64,000 nt of DNA from an uncultured Phycisphaerales bacterium (GCA_963785635.1 CAWAWB010000007.1:114199-178198), one strand, 5' to 3'. Shown: positions 31,529-43,495, counted from the first letter of the stretch. Numbers and translations: made by a program. The notes: generated from the letters alone by a model not told the origin.

Positions 31529-34298
31529 ATGAGATCTTGCCCGCAGTGGTTCTGCTCCGATGTGTATCCCCTCCTGGAAAACCTTGAAGACCGCCTGTTG
31601 CTGAGCGCGGGCGATCTGACCTTCCTTCAGTCGTTCACCGATGGCAGCGGCGGCGTAAACGGCCTGGGCGGCGGATCCAACGCCATCGTCAGCCCGGACG
31701 GCCGCCAGGTGTACGTCGCCAGCGTGGCCGATAACGGCCTGGCCGTGTTCGACCGCGCTAGCGATACGGGCAAACTGACCTTCAACCAGGCGCTCATTAA
31801 CGGTCAAACCGATGCAAGCGGGAACACCATAAGCGGCCTGACCGGGGCGGATTGCCTCATCATCAGCCCTGACGGCCAATATGTATATGTCGGCAGCGCC
31901 ACGGATGATGCCATCGCTATCTTCAGCCGCGACACGGGCACGGGCAAACTCACCTTCCTCAGCGACCTCGTCAATAACGCCGACGGCGTCACGGGTCTGG
32001 ACAGCGTGAAATGGATCACGCTCAGCGGGGATGGCCAGGATTTATATGCCGTCGGCAGCAACGGCAATTCGCTGGCCGCCTTCAGCCGCGATGGAGCGAC
32101 GGGCGTACTGACTTTCATTCAGTCGCTGACGGATGGCACCGACAACGTGGACGGCCTGAGCACCCCTTGGTCCATTCAGGTCAGCCCGGATGGAAAGGAT
32201 GTGTATACTGCCGCGCGGGGAGATAATGGCATCGGCATCTTCTCCCGCGATGCGGCGACGGGCCTGCTGACGTTTGTATCTCTCGTGCAGGACGGCGCCG
32301 GCGGCGTGCAGAACCTGGCGACGCCCAGCATGGCTGTTGTGAGCGCCGACGGCCGCCACCTCTACGCCGCCTCCTACGGCGACAATGCCGTGGTGGTTTT
32401 CAATCGCAATGCCGACACCGGCGCGCTCACTTATTCGCAGTCCTACGTCAGCGGCTCCAATGGCATTAATTCGCTGGATGGTGTCCAGGATATCGTGCTC
32501 TCCGGCGATGGCAAATCGCTGTACGCGGCCGCCGCGACGGATAATTCCGTGGTGAACTTCGCCGTGGATAGCTCCACGGGCTTACTTACGTTCAAGCAGG
32601 TGGCCACGAACGGCACGGCGAGCATCGCGGGTCTGGCAGGCGTATCCGGCCTGGCCATTCCCGCCGATGGCCACAGCCTGTACGCCGTGGGCCATCTGAG
32701 CAACGCGCTGGCGGTATTCGACCGCGCCTTCAGCATGAGTATCCCCATCGGCGCCGGCGCGGCGGCGTTCATCACCTACACCGATAACGACGGCTCAACC
32801 GTCACCACGCGTCTGACTGGCGGCGGCACGGCCACGGTAAGTGTTTCCGGGTTTGACATGACCCAGAAATCAGAGTCTGCACGGGATTGTCATCTCCGGC
32901 AGTCACGTGGCCGGAGATGCCATCGCCCTCTCCGGCACAACTATTAAAAGCAACTTGAGCATCTCCACCTCCGGCGGCGCGATCGCGGGCACAACCATCG
33001 GCGACATCACAGGCAGCGACGTGCTGGGCAAACTTTCCGCGCCCAGTACGGACATTGGCGATGCAATCGCCATGACCGGCAGCGGCTACATCCGCACGAT
33101 TGATGTGCGGGATTTCGAAGACAACAGCTCGCTCACCATGGCTGGCAGCGGTCCGGCGAGCGGAATCACCATTTCCGCCGGGTCGATCGGGCAGGGTGTG
33201 GATTTTTCGCTGGCGGGCGCGCTGACCAAACTGACCGCCTTGAAGTGGACCTCCGGCACACTGGATGCGACCACGGCTAACAACATCACGATCACTGGCC
33301 GCACGGGCAGAGGCAGCGTAACGGCCGTGACCGGCGATTTTGGCGCGGATGTCACGCTGGATAAAGATGTCGACGGCGTTTCGCTGAAGAAGCTTTCCGT
33401 CGCGGCCTCCCTGGGCGGAAATATTACCGCCGCGGGCGATATCTGGCTGGTCAAGGCCGGCTCGGTGGATGTGGCAACGGTGACCGCGGACAACGTCCGC
33501 ACCGTGAGAGTCGATGGGCTCGTCTCCAACGGCACGATGGCCATCACCAACGCCATCAACAGCCTTCAGGCGGCGAGCTGGTCGGCCGGCACCATTGGGG
33601 CGGCCTCGATCGGAACGATCGATATCAAGGGCCGCCGCGCAAGTGGCGCGACGGCGGCCATCGCCGGCGATTTGGGCGCCACGGTCAACGCTGCCGCGGT
33701 TCGTACGGCCCGGATCGCGGGCAATTTCACCGGCGTCTGGACCGGCCACTCCATCAATACGATGAAGGTCGCCGGCGACATGACCGGCGCGACCATGACC
33801 TTCAACGCCGATGCGAGCAGCACCACGCTCGGAGTGAATAACCTGATCGTGACCGGCAAGATTGATAGCAGCACGATCACGTCCACTACCAGCCTCGGCT
33901 CGATCACCGCCGGCGGCATGGATGGCTCAAACATTTTTGTGGGCCTGAAATCCAACGCCATGCCGCAAGGCCGCAGCAATTTTGATACGGACCACCCCGC
34001 CTCGATCAATAGTCTGCGAATTCGGGGTCTGCGCGACGCCAACGGCAATTACGTCGACAGCTTCATCAATTCCAACGTGGCCGCGTGGCAGCTCGGGTCG
34101 GTGAGGCTGACGGATGTGCAGACGCATAATTCCGGCACGACCTTTGGCATCGTCGCGCACAGCATTAATTCCTACATGCGCGTCGATAACGGCATGGAGG
34201 CCGGCTCCACGGGCGGCCCCGTGGGCGGCACAAGCGACGTGACGGGCAGCCCCTTGACCATCGAGCACCCCAGCGATTTCTGGGTGCGCTTGCTATAA
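31529..34298 (+). CDS. Large secreted repeat protein: lactonase-type 7-bladed beta-propeller repeats followed by a repetitive Gly/Thr/Ala-rich beta-rich region (apparent frameshift near 32870-32910)
   Basis: The N-terminus has LENLEDRLLLSA. The motif SPDG(R/Q)xVYVAS..DN.LAVF.RD..TGxLTF recurs at least six times. The protein continues in ORF 32907..34298. Confidence 0.55.
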
Positions 34299-35369
34299 GC
34301 GCGGGCGAAAGCCCCGCTCGATGCCGAAGCTTGCGATTTCATCTATGGCCGCCAGGCCGATGTCCACGATCTCCGTGTGATTATCGGGGACATTTTCCCA
34401 GCCCTCCGGGAACTCCACTAATAGCGGCAGCGCGCCGCAGGCGTGGAAGATGGCATCGGATTGATAGAACATCCTGCCTCCGGTGCCGTTGGGAATGTCG
34501 CCATTGGGGAAGCCCTCGCGCCGGCAGCGCCGGCCCACCGCCGCGCCCACGGCCAGCACGCGGCCGACAAAGGTGTTGGGCATCAGCTCGCTGGGCTCGG
34601 CCACTAAAGAACCGTTGTTGGAGTGGGAGAGAATCACGCAATCCGGCATTTCGCGGCGGCAAAAACGCAGCAACGCGGCGTTTTCCGGCTGCATGTCGGG
34701 GCCGAGCTGGCAGTCGTACACGAGATTCACGCCGGCATCGTTGAAGTAGCTGCCCAGGACCTTCCGCTGCGGCTGGGGGAAAAAGCCTTTGTTCGATTCC
34801 CAGCTCAGGATTTCGCCCTCGCTGGACAGGCCCTGGGTGATCATGTCGAAATAGTGGGGATCGACGCCGATGAAGTTCCGCATGTGCGCGGCCCGCTCGC
34901 GGCCATCCACGTTGAGCAGGGGAATGATCGTGAAGCGCAGCTTGCGGCCATTCTCAGCCATGACCGGCTGTTGGCGGCCCAGCAGGTCTTTGCCCGTCAC
35001 TATTATATTGAGGTAGTTCAAAGCCGCGACCGTGCCCTCCACCTCCGTGCCGTGCGCGGCACCCAGGAAAAGTAGCGACTGGCGCCCACGCTTGCCCTGC
35101 CCGTAAAAGGCCTCGGGATGGCCCGATGCCGCCGCGGCGGCCAGGCTAGTGGCCGTGCGGCCGGGAAGATCTTCTTTGGGACCAAAGCTCGCCGCCACAA
35201 TTTCGCGGCCGCCGGCAGTGCGGCCGATCTCCTCCACCGCCACACCCGGCAGCGATTCCAGGAAATCGCGTATCTCGCGGGGCCGCGTAAGCCACCATTT
35301 CGGCGCGGCCATCAGATCAATCCCCGGCTCCGGCAACTTCGTTGCTTTTTTATCTTTGGATTCCGACAT
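34293..35369 (-). CDS. M14-like zinc carboxypeptidase / succinylglutamate desuccinylase-aspartoacylase superfamily protein
   Basis: LLFLGAAHGTEVEG (HxxE-like) and IPLLNVDGRE. Confidence 0.4.
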   Translation of the reverse strand: MSESKDKKATKLPEPGIDLMAAPKWWLTRPREIRDFLESLPGVAVEEIGRTAGGREIVAASFGPKEDLPGRTATSLAAAAASGHPEAFYGQGKRGRQSLLFLGAAHGTEVEGTVAALNYLNIIVTGKDLLGRQQPVMAENGRKLRFTIIPLLNVDGRERAAHMRNFIGVDPHYFDMITQGLSSEGEILSWESNKGFFPQPQRKVLGSYFNDAGVNLVYDCQLGPDMQPENAALLRFCRREMPDCVILSHSNNGSLVAEPSELMPNTFVGRVLAVGAAVGRRCRREGFPNGDIPNGTGGRMFYQSDAIFHACGALPLLVEFPEGWENVPDNHTEIVDIGLAAIDEIASFGIERGFRPRL

Positions 35370-35451
35370 TCTTTTATCTCCGGTCAGTTGCAATGAAGAG
35401 CCCACAATATGTGCAACTCAAAGGTCGGTTACAAGCTGCAACTGGTAGTGC

Positions 35452-35493
35452 CCGATTTAAGCGTTACACTGCTGCAAAATTTTTGCAGTTAGT
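35452..35493. promoter_or_regulatory. 38-bp near-perfect palindrome, a candidate operator in a divergent promoter region
   Basis: gcgttacactgctgcaaaatttttgcagttagtgtaacgc lies between the M14-like gene (minus) and the beta-helix gene (plus). Confidence 0.35.
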
Positions 35494-35724
35494 GTAACGC
35501 TTACTTGCTTCGCCTCGCATATTTATGCGACTCAGGTTCGACGTTCGAGTTGGGAATTTCCCATTGGCAGCACGATTACGTTTACGGGCATTAACGGCAT
35601 TTAGGAACGCCCCCCGGTGGGACCGGTTTGTGTCTGTACAACCTGGCCAAATGCGATACAATTAGCATTTGGTCCTGAGAAGTCCCGCCGCGCATGAAGC
35701 GCAATAAGTTTAGGAGGAGGCATC

Positions 35725-37596
35725 GTGAGAAGGTTTCGCCAATTACCAATCGTGTGCGCGCCCATCTGCCTGCTGATAATCGCGCTTGCCGGCTCCTCTG
35801 CGTTTGGAACTTTCTGGTACGTGTCCCCCTCCGGCGTGTCCGGCAACGCGGGCACTCAGTCATCGCCCTGGGACATGGCCAGCGCGTTTAACGGCGGGCA
35901 TAGCGGCCAGGTCCATCCCGGCGACACCATCTATATGATGGATGGAAATTACTGGACCCGCGCTCCAACCTCAACGGCTGCCAGGATGTAGTACTGAATG
36001 GCACTGCCGCCGCGCCCATTACCATTCGTCCGGCGCCAGGCGCGCACGCGCACATCGACGGCGGCCTGAATACCGGCATCCTCGACGCCCAGAACAACAA
36101 GCCTTGCAACTTCACGTATATTCGCGACCTGGAGGTCTGGATGACCGAGTGGCTGGTGCCCATCGTCTCCAAGGACACAGGCTCCTGGCCCAGCGACGTT
36201 CCCCAGGCCGGCGGCGTCAATGCCGAGAACGGCACGGGCTGCAAATTCATCAACCTGCTGATCCACAACACCGCCGAGGGCATCACCGACTGGATGCCGG
36301 ATTCCAATTCCGAGAGCTACGGTTGCATTATCTATAACTGCGGCTGGAAGGCCCCGGACCGCAGCCACGGGCACTGCGTGTACACGCAAAACAGCTACGG
36401 CCTCAAGACCTTCGCCGACTGCATCTTCTCCACGCAATATGAATTAGTTCTGGACGGCCAGCAGACCATGCAGGCCTACGGCTCCTCGGCCGCCGATGCC
36501 AATGACTATCTCATGGACCACAACATCGGCTATGACGGCGGCCAGTTTCTCATCGGCGGCATGAATCCCGCCGGCGGCAACCACGTCATCGGAAACATGC
36601 TGTACACCTGCCCGCTGTCGATCGGTTATTTCTTCTCCTCCTACAACCTGGACTTTGAAGTCAGGGATAACGTGGTGGTAAACAGTTTCCTGGATATCTT
36701 CGCCGTCCAGAACCTGACGGCCAGCAACAACAAGGTCATCGGCGGAGCCACCAGGACCTATGGTCCAAACGATCCAAGCCATAACTACACCACCACACCG
36801 GGGCAATCGCCGCCTGCCCAACCATTGGTATTTGTCAGGCCCAACAAGTACGACTCCACGCGGGCCAACCTGGTGGTATACCAGTGGAATCAAGCCAGCA
36901 CGGTCGTGGTGGATTTCACGGCGCCGTGCCGGCCGGCGGCAGTTTCAAGCTGATGAACCCGAAGAATTTTTACGGCGCCCCCGTTTATCAAGGCACGACC
37001 GATGCCAATCGCTGCGCATCCGTGCCCACGCCGGCCGTCTTCAATGTTTATGCAGTCACCGTTTCGGCAAACGCGGCCCCCGTTGTCACCATGCCTGCCA
37101 ATATCACCACCAGTATGCCCGGCCATCGGGGCCTGGGGCCGTAGCCCTGGGCGCGGCCGTGAGCGATGACGGCCAGCCTAATCCGCCGGGCGCTCTGGCG
37201 GCGAGCTGGAGCGTCCTGTCTGCTCCGACCAATGGCACGGTCAACTTCACCAATGCGAACGCGGCCTCCACGACCGCCAGCTTCACGCGAGTCGGCATGT
37301 ACACTCTCCAGCTTGACGCGAATGACGGCAGCCTGCACACAGCCGCCACGATGACCGTGACGGTGCAGGTGGATCCGCGGGCGGACTTTGACAACAACGG
37401 TGTGGTCGACGGCCTGGACTTCCTCGCCTGGCAGCGCAACTATAATCACGGCACTGCCCTCAGCGGCGCCCCGATGCTCGACGCCAACTTCGCCGATGCC
37501 AACTATGCCCACGCGAATGGCGACGCCAATGGCGACGGCAAGGTGGATGGCCAGGACTTTCTGCTCTGGCAGCAGGGATACGTTTACGGGCATTGA
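35725..37596 (+). CDS. Secreted parallel beta-helix (pectate-lyase fold) protein with a C-terminal dockerin-like domain (about four apparent frameshifts)
   Basis: Signal peptide, then TFWYVSPSGVSGN...GDTIYMMDGNY, a DUF1565/beta-helix start. ORFs 36141..36953 and 36760..37596 continue it. The C-terminus has DFDNNGVVDGLDFLAWQ...NGDGKVDGQDFLLWQ dockerin repeats. Confidence 0.5.
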
Positions 37597-37621
37597 TCTT
37601 GAAAATCAGCCATAGGACCCA

Positions 37622-37782
37622 AAAAAAATAACCACAAAGGTCACAAAGAAGCACAAAGGGCATAAAGGAAGAAAAGAGTAAAGGCAAGAGAGGGAAAAAA
37701 TTAAGAAATGTTTCCGGCCGTTCTTTGTATTCTTCGTGGTCTTTGTGATCTTTGTGGTTAATTCTCGATAAAAAAAAGGCCG
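37622..37782. repeat. Hairpin repeat element of the CACAAAG family (intact reference copy)
   Basis: Left arm is aaccacaaaggtcacaaagaagcacaaagggcataaagg. The loop has gaagaaaag...ttccggccgttc. The right arm is tttgtattcttcgtggtctttgtgatctttgtggtt. Confidence 0.65.
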
Positions 37783-37827
37783 GGGCGGCATTTGCCGTCC
37801 CGGCCTTTCGTTTTTGCCGGTACTGAA

Positions 37828-38716
37828 TTACTTGCCCATCTTTGCCGGCTGCGTGGCGGGCTTCATCGCCGGTTGACTGGCCGGCTGGCTGGCTGAGCCC
37901 ATTTCGCCTTCCTTCACGATCCCTAAAAGCTCAACTTCGAAGATCAGCGTGGAATTCGGCGGTATGCCGGGGCGGGCGGTCGCGCCATAGGCCAGGTCGC
38001 CCGGAATATACAGCTTATATTCTGAGCCCACCGGCATGAGCTGCAAACCTTCGCCAAAGCCCTTGATCACGCCGTTGACCGGGAATTCCGCCGGTTTGCC
38101 GCGCTTGTAGGAGCTGTCGAATTCCGTGCCGTTGATCAGCTTGCCGCGGTAGTTGATCCGCACCTTATCCGTGGGGCCGGGCTTGGGCCCGTCGCCCTGG
38201 CGGGTCACCTCATACTGCAAGCCGTCGGGCAGCGCCTTGACGCCCTCGCGCTTGGCGTTGTCGGCCAGGAATTTTTGCCTTCCTCTTCATTCTTTTCGGC
38301 CTGCTGTGCCTGCTCGGCGCGCTCCTCGTCCATGCGCGTCTTCGCCTTGGCCATGGCGTAATCATTCAGGGTCCTGCTGGGCCTTCTGCATCTCCTCCTG
38401 GCTCATCCGGGGCATTTTGCCGAACAGGCCGTCTTGCATGCCTTTGACCATCTGGTCGAAATCAAAATCCAGTCCTTCCGCCTTGGCGGCGCTGGAAATC
38501 TGCTTGCCGGCTTCATAGCCCGTGCTGTAGCTGATGTCTTCCTTGTTCCAGGCGGGCATGGACTGTGTGGCCGCGGGGCCGTGCAATTTGCAGGACCGGC
38601 TTGGGGGCGGAACTGTTCGGGATGGCGGGCTTAGAGGTTGCGGTGTGCGGTTGCGCCAGCAATGCCGCCGTCAATGCTCCACAGATGACCAGAACAATCG
38701 CCATTCTTGCTTTCAT
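37828..38716 (-). CDS. fkpA: FKBP-type peptidyl-prolyl cis-trans isomerase, FkpA-like (apparent frameshifts)
   Basis: The C-terminal FKBP domain is in ORF 37828..38220. The N-terminal dimerisation region is in ORF 38362..38586. The signal peptide [22 protein letters not shown] is in ORF 38513..38782. Confidence 0.65.
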
Positions 38717-38912
38717 ATTTTTCCTTTCGGGCCTGACGGCCGCGCGGGCGGCGCCGGGGCCTATTTTTTTCCGCGATGGCATTTCTGGCTTCCTCGTGTA
38801 TGCGCGGCCGCCGCCTTCTATCGCATTGCGGCCGCCAGCGCGGCCGCCCTAACATCCTAGACTCTAATCCACTTCAACTTCTTTGGCGCCTTCGCTGCGC
38901 CGTACTTCGTAC

Positions 38913-39915
38913 TTAGGCACCTCGGGTTCGCCGCACGGCCTCGAGCAGCCGGCCGATGATGGCCACGCTATTGAGGCCCTCGCTCTGCGCGGCGAAATTC
39001 ACGCCCAGCCGATGGCGCAACACGGGCACGGCAACCCTGCGTATATCGGCAGTCGAGACCGAATATCTGCCGTCCATTGCGGCGAATGCCTTAGCCGCGG
39101 CGATGAGGTACTGGCCCGCCCGCGGGCCGGCGCCCCAATCCACCATCTGGCGGATGAAGGGCGGAGCGGATGAATCAGACGGCCGCGTGGCCCGAATCAG
39201 CCGCGCGGCGTATTTGATGACGAAATCGCTCACCGGCACCTGCGCGGACACCTTCTGGAGGTTCATGATCTGGCGGATGTTGAAAACCACATCCAGGTCC
39301 GACTGGCCGGCGGCGGCCGGCGTGGACAGAATCCGCTCTTCCTCGTCGATATTGGGATAATCGACGAAGATGTTGAACATGAAGCGGTCGAGCTGCGCCT
39401 CGGGCAGCGGGTACGTGCCTTCCTGCTCGATGGGATTCTGCGTGGCGATGACGAAAAACGGCGTGGGCAATGTGTAGGTCTGCTGGCCTACCGACACCTC
39501 GCGTTCCTGCATCGCCTGGAGCAGCGCCGCCTGCGTCTTAGGCGGCGTACGGTTGATTTCATCGGCCAGGATGATGTTGGCGAAGATCGGGCCTTTCACG
39601 AAACGGAATTCCCGCAGGCCAGACTCGGCCTGGTCAATTACGTTGGTGCCGGTGATGTCGGAAGGCATCAGGTCCGGCGTGAACTGAATCCGCTTGAACG
39701 ACATGTCCATGATCCGCGCCAGGCAGGAGACCATCATGGTCTTGGCCAGGCCCGGCACACCCACCAAGAGGCAATGCCCGCGGCGAGACGATGGCCGCGA
39801 AAATCTGGTCGATCACATCCTGCTGGCCGATGATGGCCTTGGCCAGTTCCCGGTGCATGATCCGCCGGGTCCGAGCGAAGCTCTCCAGCAGGCTTTCAAA
39901 AGATTCTTTTGCCAT
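38913..39915 (-). CDS. MoxR-like AAA+ ATPase (apparent frameshift near 39780)
   Basis: The N-terminus is [44 protein letters not shown] (ORF 39634..39915). It continues with [20 protein letters not shown]...FNIFVDYPN (ORF 38913..39767). Confidence 0.8.
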
Positions 39916-40283
39916 GGCGAAAAACGTTAATCAGTTAATCCGTTAATCGGAAACGGCCGGAACAAGGTCCTTCCCACTTGGGAAATCGTACCGAGGTTTC
40001 GGGGGAGTTGGTAGGGTGTGCAGCTTCGCTGCACACGTTTTTCTTGGCCCTCCTCCGTGGTATGGGTGGCGGTGCCATCTGATATTCTGCCATTGACAGA
40101 GGCTTGAGGCTTGAGGTTCATCAAAGGGTCAAAGCCTCTCTTTGCGCTTGCAGACTTTATTAATTGGAATAAAGTGAGACATGGGTGCCGGGGCTGCAAC
40201 CCCTCTCCTTTGGGAGAGGGTGGCCCCGCGAAGCTTCAGCGATGCGGGGCCAGGTGAGAGTGCAGCCACGCTTGGAGGCCAAT

Positions 40284-41687
40284 ATGATCAAACTGATGTT
40301 CCTGGATTACCGGGACTTGGAGACGGTGAAGGGTTTTGCGCGGCAGGCGCACATACCCGCAAAGCATAAGGGCGACCCGCTCTTAATCAGCGACCTGGCG
40401 AGTGAAGTCAACCTGATGTCCATGTTCGGCACAGTGATCCGGCGGCCGACGGACGGCCTGTACCAGTACTGGTACAAGTGCTACAACCCCAATGACAAGG
40501 GCCCGGCATTGGCCTACGCCTTCAGCGAGGATGGCCTCAAATGGCAGCGGCCGCAGATGGACATTGTGAAGTTCCAGGGCCAGGGCACGAATATCGTGTT
40601 TGATGGCGGCCCGCACGGCACTGCACTTCTGTACGATGAGCGCGAAACGCGGCCGAACTGGCGGTACAAGCTGGTACACGGCGCCAATCCCTCCAAGCGG
40701 ATCTGCGCCTACCGCAGCGGCGATGGGCTACACTGGCTGCCTGCATGCGAGAACCCGATTATCGGCGCAAGCACGGGCGGGCCCCTGGGCCTGCTGCGGA
40801 CTGATGAGGGGCGGTACGTTATGTATATCCGCCCGGCCAAGAACGACCGCCGCGTGGCGCGCAGCGAATCGTGGGATTTTATCCACTGGACCGAGCCGCT
40901 GGTCGTGATCGATCAGGATCCCGTCGATCCCATGCAGGTGCAATTCTACGGCATGCAGGCCCAGACGTACGGGGCGTACGAGCTGGGGCTGCTGTGGATC
41001 TACGCTACTGAGGCGGACGATCTGGCGTACCACAAGCCGCGCGGCGTGATGTACCCCGAGTTAGCGTACACGCGCTGCGGTTACGCCTGGCACCGCACCA
41101 GTCCGGGCACGCAATGGATTCCACTTGGGCCGGAAGGCTCATGGGATGCCAAGCAGATCCATCCCTCCAGCCTGCCCTGCTACCTGGAAGATGAGGTCCG
41201 CTGGTACTACACCGCGGCCAACAAGGCGCATGAATTCGTGGCCCGCGGCGGTGAGCCGATGTGGGGATTGGGCTTTGTGTCGTGCAAACCTGATCGGTTT
41301 GTGAGCCTGAATGCGGAGGGCGGCGAGGCGGAAATCCAGACACGGCCGTTCTGGAGCGAGGTGGGCGAGTTCTACCTCAACGCCGATGTGGCAAAACACG
41401 GCAGTGTGAGCGTAGAGGTGATGGACACACCTGGACAGGTGATTGAAGGTTTTGCCTCGGGTGATTTCAAGGGAATCAAGGGCGATTCTTTAAGGCACAA
41501 GCTATTGTGGAAAGGTGATGCGGGGGCGCTGGCCAACCGGCAGATCCGCCTGCGGATCAAGGCCAGGAACGCCAAACTGTTTTCCATCGCCGGCGGCACG
41601 GAGCAGGAGGTGCGGGAGTATTGGAAGTTCCGCACCCCCCACTACCTGCCCATGGATGAGGAAAAGGCCCTGCTGGGGACTTACTAG
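40284..41687 (+). CDS. BNR/Asp-box beta-propeller protein, putative glycoside hydrolase
   Basis: The likely start is MIKLMF, after GGAGG. Asp-box-like motifs are SEDGLKW, SGDGLHW and SWDFIHW. The ORF 5' extension (40185-40283) is hairpin-rich non-coding sequence. Confidence 0.4.
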   Translation: MIKLMFLDYRDLETVKGFARQAHIPAKHKGDPLLISDLASEVNLMSMFGTVIRRPTDGLYQYWYKCYNPNDKGPALAYAFSEDGLKWQRPQMDIVKFQGQGTNIVFDGGPHGTALLYDERETRPNWRYKLVHGANPSKRICAYRSGDGLHWLPACENPIIGASTGGPLGLLRTDEGRYVMYIRPAKNDRRVARSESWDFIHWTEPLVVIDQDPVDPMQVQFYGMQAQTYGAYELGLLWIYATEADDLAYHKPRGVMYPELAYTRCGYAWHRTSPGTQWIPLGPEGSWDAKQIHPSSLPCYLEDEVRWYYTAANKAHEFVARGGEPMWGLGFVSCKPDRFVSLNAEGGEAEIQTRPFWSEVGEFYLNADVAKHGSVSVEVMDTPGQVIEGFASGDFKGIKGDSLRHKLLWKGDAGALANRQIRLRIKARNAKLFSIAGGTEQEVREYWKFRTPHYLPMDEEKALLGTY

Positions 41688-43495
41688 CGGATCTTTATTT
41701 CGCGGTTGGTTCGCCTGCGGTTTCCACGCGCACAAGCGACACATCCCCGCGCGTGGCGAGCACATCGACCTGGGCGATGCCGGGCGTCCGCCACAGCTGC
41801 GCTAACCTTATGGCCGAAGTCTTTGGTGTCGTTGATCAGGCCGTAGGCCTCGCGGCCGCCCAGCAGCCATTTTTGCAGCCGCGCCTGCTCGGTATCTCCG
41901 AATCGCTCGGGATTATCCCAGCCGGTGTAAAGCTGGAAAGACCAGCGGGCGGATGGCCACGTGAAAAATCGCTCCGGCTTGGCCACATCGGCAGGCAAAG
42001 CACGGGCAAAATAGCGGGCGCTGGAGCGATCATACAGCGGCCACAGCACGGCGATCACGCTGATCCAGGCGACCATGGCCGCGCAAATGCAGTAGGCGAA
42101 GGCGACGGATTTGGGGCCGTTCTTGCGGGCCCGATAGACCGCCAGCCACGCCAGTACGACCGTGACGGCAGGTCCAATGAGCACCGGCTGGCGGAGCCGG
42201 GTCCAGGGTTCCACCGCCGCCAGCACGGCGCTAAGGTCCCAGGAACTCTTCCACTTGGCCAGCAGCGTGCAGATACGGAACGTCGCCACAGGGACCGCCG
42301 CCAGCAGCGCCACGCCGACAATGCACAAGGCCAAGGCGGGCAGGCCTTTTCTCATAAGGCCATCAAGCTCGTCCGATTTGAACCACTCAGCCACAAACAG
42401 CCCCGTGAGCACCGCCAGGGCGCAAAGAGCGGCATGATGTACTGAGCTTCCTTGCGCGGGTGATGGTCACGATGAGTGAGGGCACGAGCACGGCCATCCA
42501 GAGCAAAAACCGCGGGTTCTGCACGAGCCGAATGCCGGGTTGTTTGAGCGCCCGGATGACCACGCCCGGCAGCAGCGCCGTCCAGGGCATGAGGCCCAGC
42601 AGGAGGATGGGCACGTAGTAAAATGCCGGCCAGGGCTTGCCCAGGTCGGTGGAGCCGGTGAAGCGTTGCACATTCTGGTGGGCGAAGAACTCGTTGAAAA
42701 ATGTCCGATCCCTGAAAAACACCGCCACGTACCACGGCGCGGCAATGGCCAGGAAGACCAGGATCCCCAGCGGGTGAAAGACGCCCAGCAGTCGCTTCAG
42801 TTGCTGCCGCGCGGCGAGGTAGGCGAAAATAATGAGCAAGGGCATGACCAGCCCAGCGGGTCCTTTAACCAGCGTGGCGACGGCGGCGAAGAAGTAAAAG
42901 CCAATCCAGCCCTGCCAGATCGAGTTTGGTGTTTTGCGCGTCGCCAGAGCGTTTTCACGTTCCATATCCGCCCGGGCGAACCACCACACCGCCGCCAGCA
43001 TCGCGGCAGTAAAAGCCATGTCCATGCGATACCAGCGGGCGACAAAGAGGAACTCTCCCGTTGTGGCCAAAACGGCCGCGGCTGCCAGCCCGGCCGCGCG
43101 GCCGCCAAGCCGTTTGGCCCAGGAGTAGGCGATCAGCACGGCCAGGCAGCCGGCGATGGCCGAGACCAGACGGCCGGCCAGTTGAACGCTGCCCACCTTG
43201 CCGAACAGCGGCTCGGTGGCTTTTTGCGCGGCGGCGGCGAGCCAGAAAAAGGCAGCGGGCTTTTTGCTGTTGGCGATAAGCCAGTTGCCGCTGTCGAGCA
43301 TTTGCTGCACGGCCACGGCGCACCGGGATTCATCCGGGTCCATCGCAGGCAGTCGCGTCGAGCGGCAGAGAAACAGAATCAGCGAGGCCAGAACGATAAG
43401 CAGCCAGTCCAAATGGTACGCGGGCCTGGCGGCGGCCTGCTCAACTGAAGCCGCCTGGCCAGCCGACTCGGAAGCAAGAGATTGTTGGGACATTG
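41684..43495 (-). CDS. ArnT/PMT-like (GT39/GT83-type) membrane glycosyltransferase (apparent frameshift near 42400)
   Basis: The start is MSQQSLASESAG. Many TM helices. The segment RLPAMDPDESRCAVAVQQMLDSGNWLIANSKKP is a DE-motif loop typical of the family. It continues in ORF 41684..42412. Confidence 0.55.

Noticed and set aside
40017-40050. Perfect hairpin gtgtgcagcttcgctgcacac followed by gtttttctt as an orphan Rho-independent terminator or sRNA 3' end
   Set aside because: No upstream plus-strand gene or promoter could be identified to give it a transcript. It is kept only as a note.
40185-40283. 5' extension of ORF 40185..41687
   Set aside because: It consists of hairpin repeat sequence (ccctctcctttgggagaggg, ggccccgcgaagcttcagcgatgcggggcc). 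A good GGAGG-ATG start at 40284 follows. It is treated as non-coding leader.
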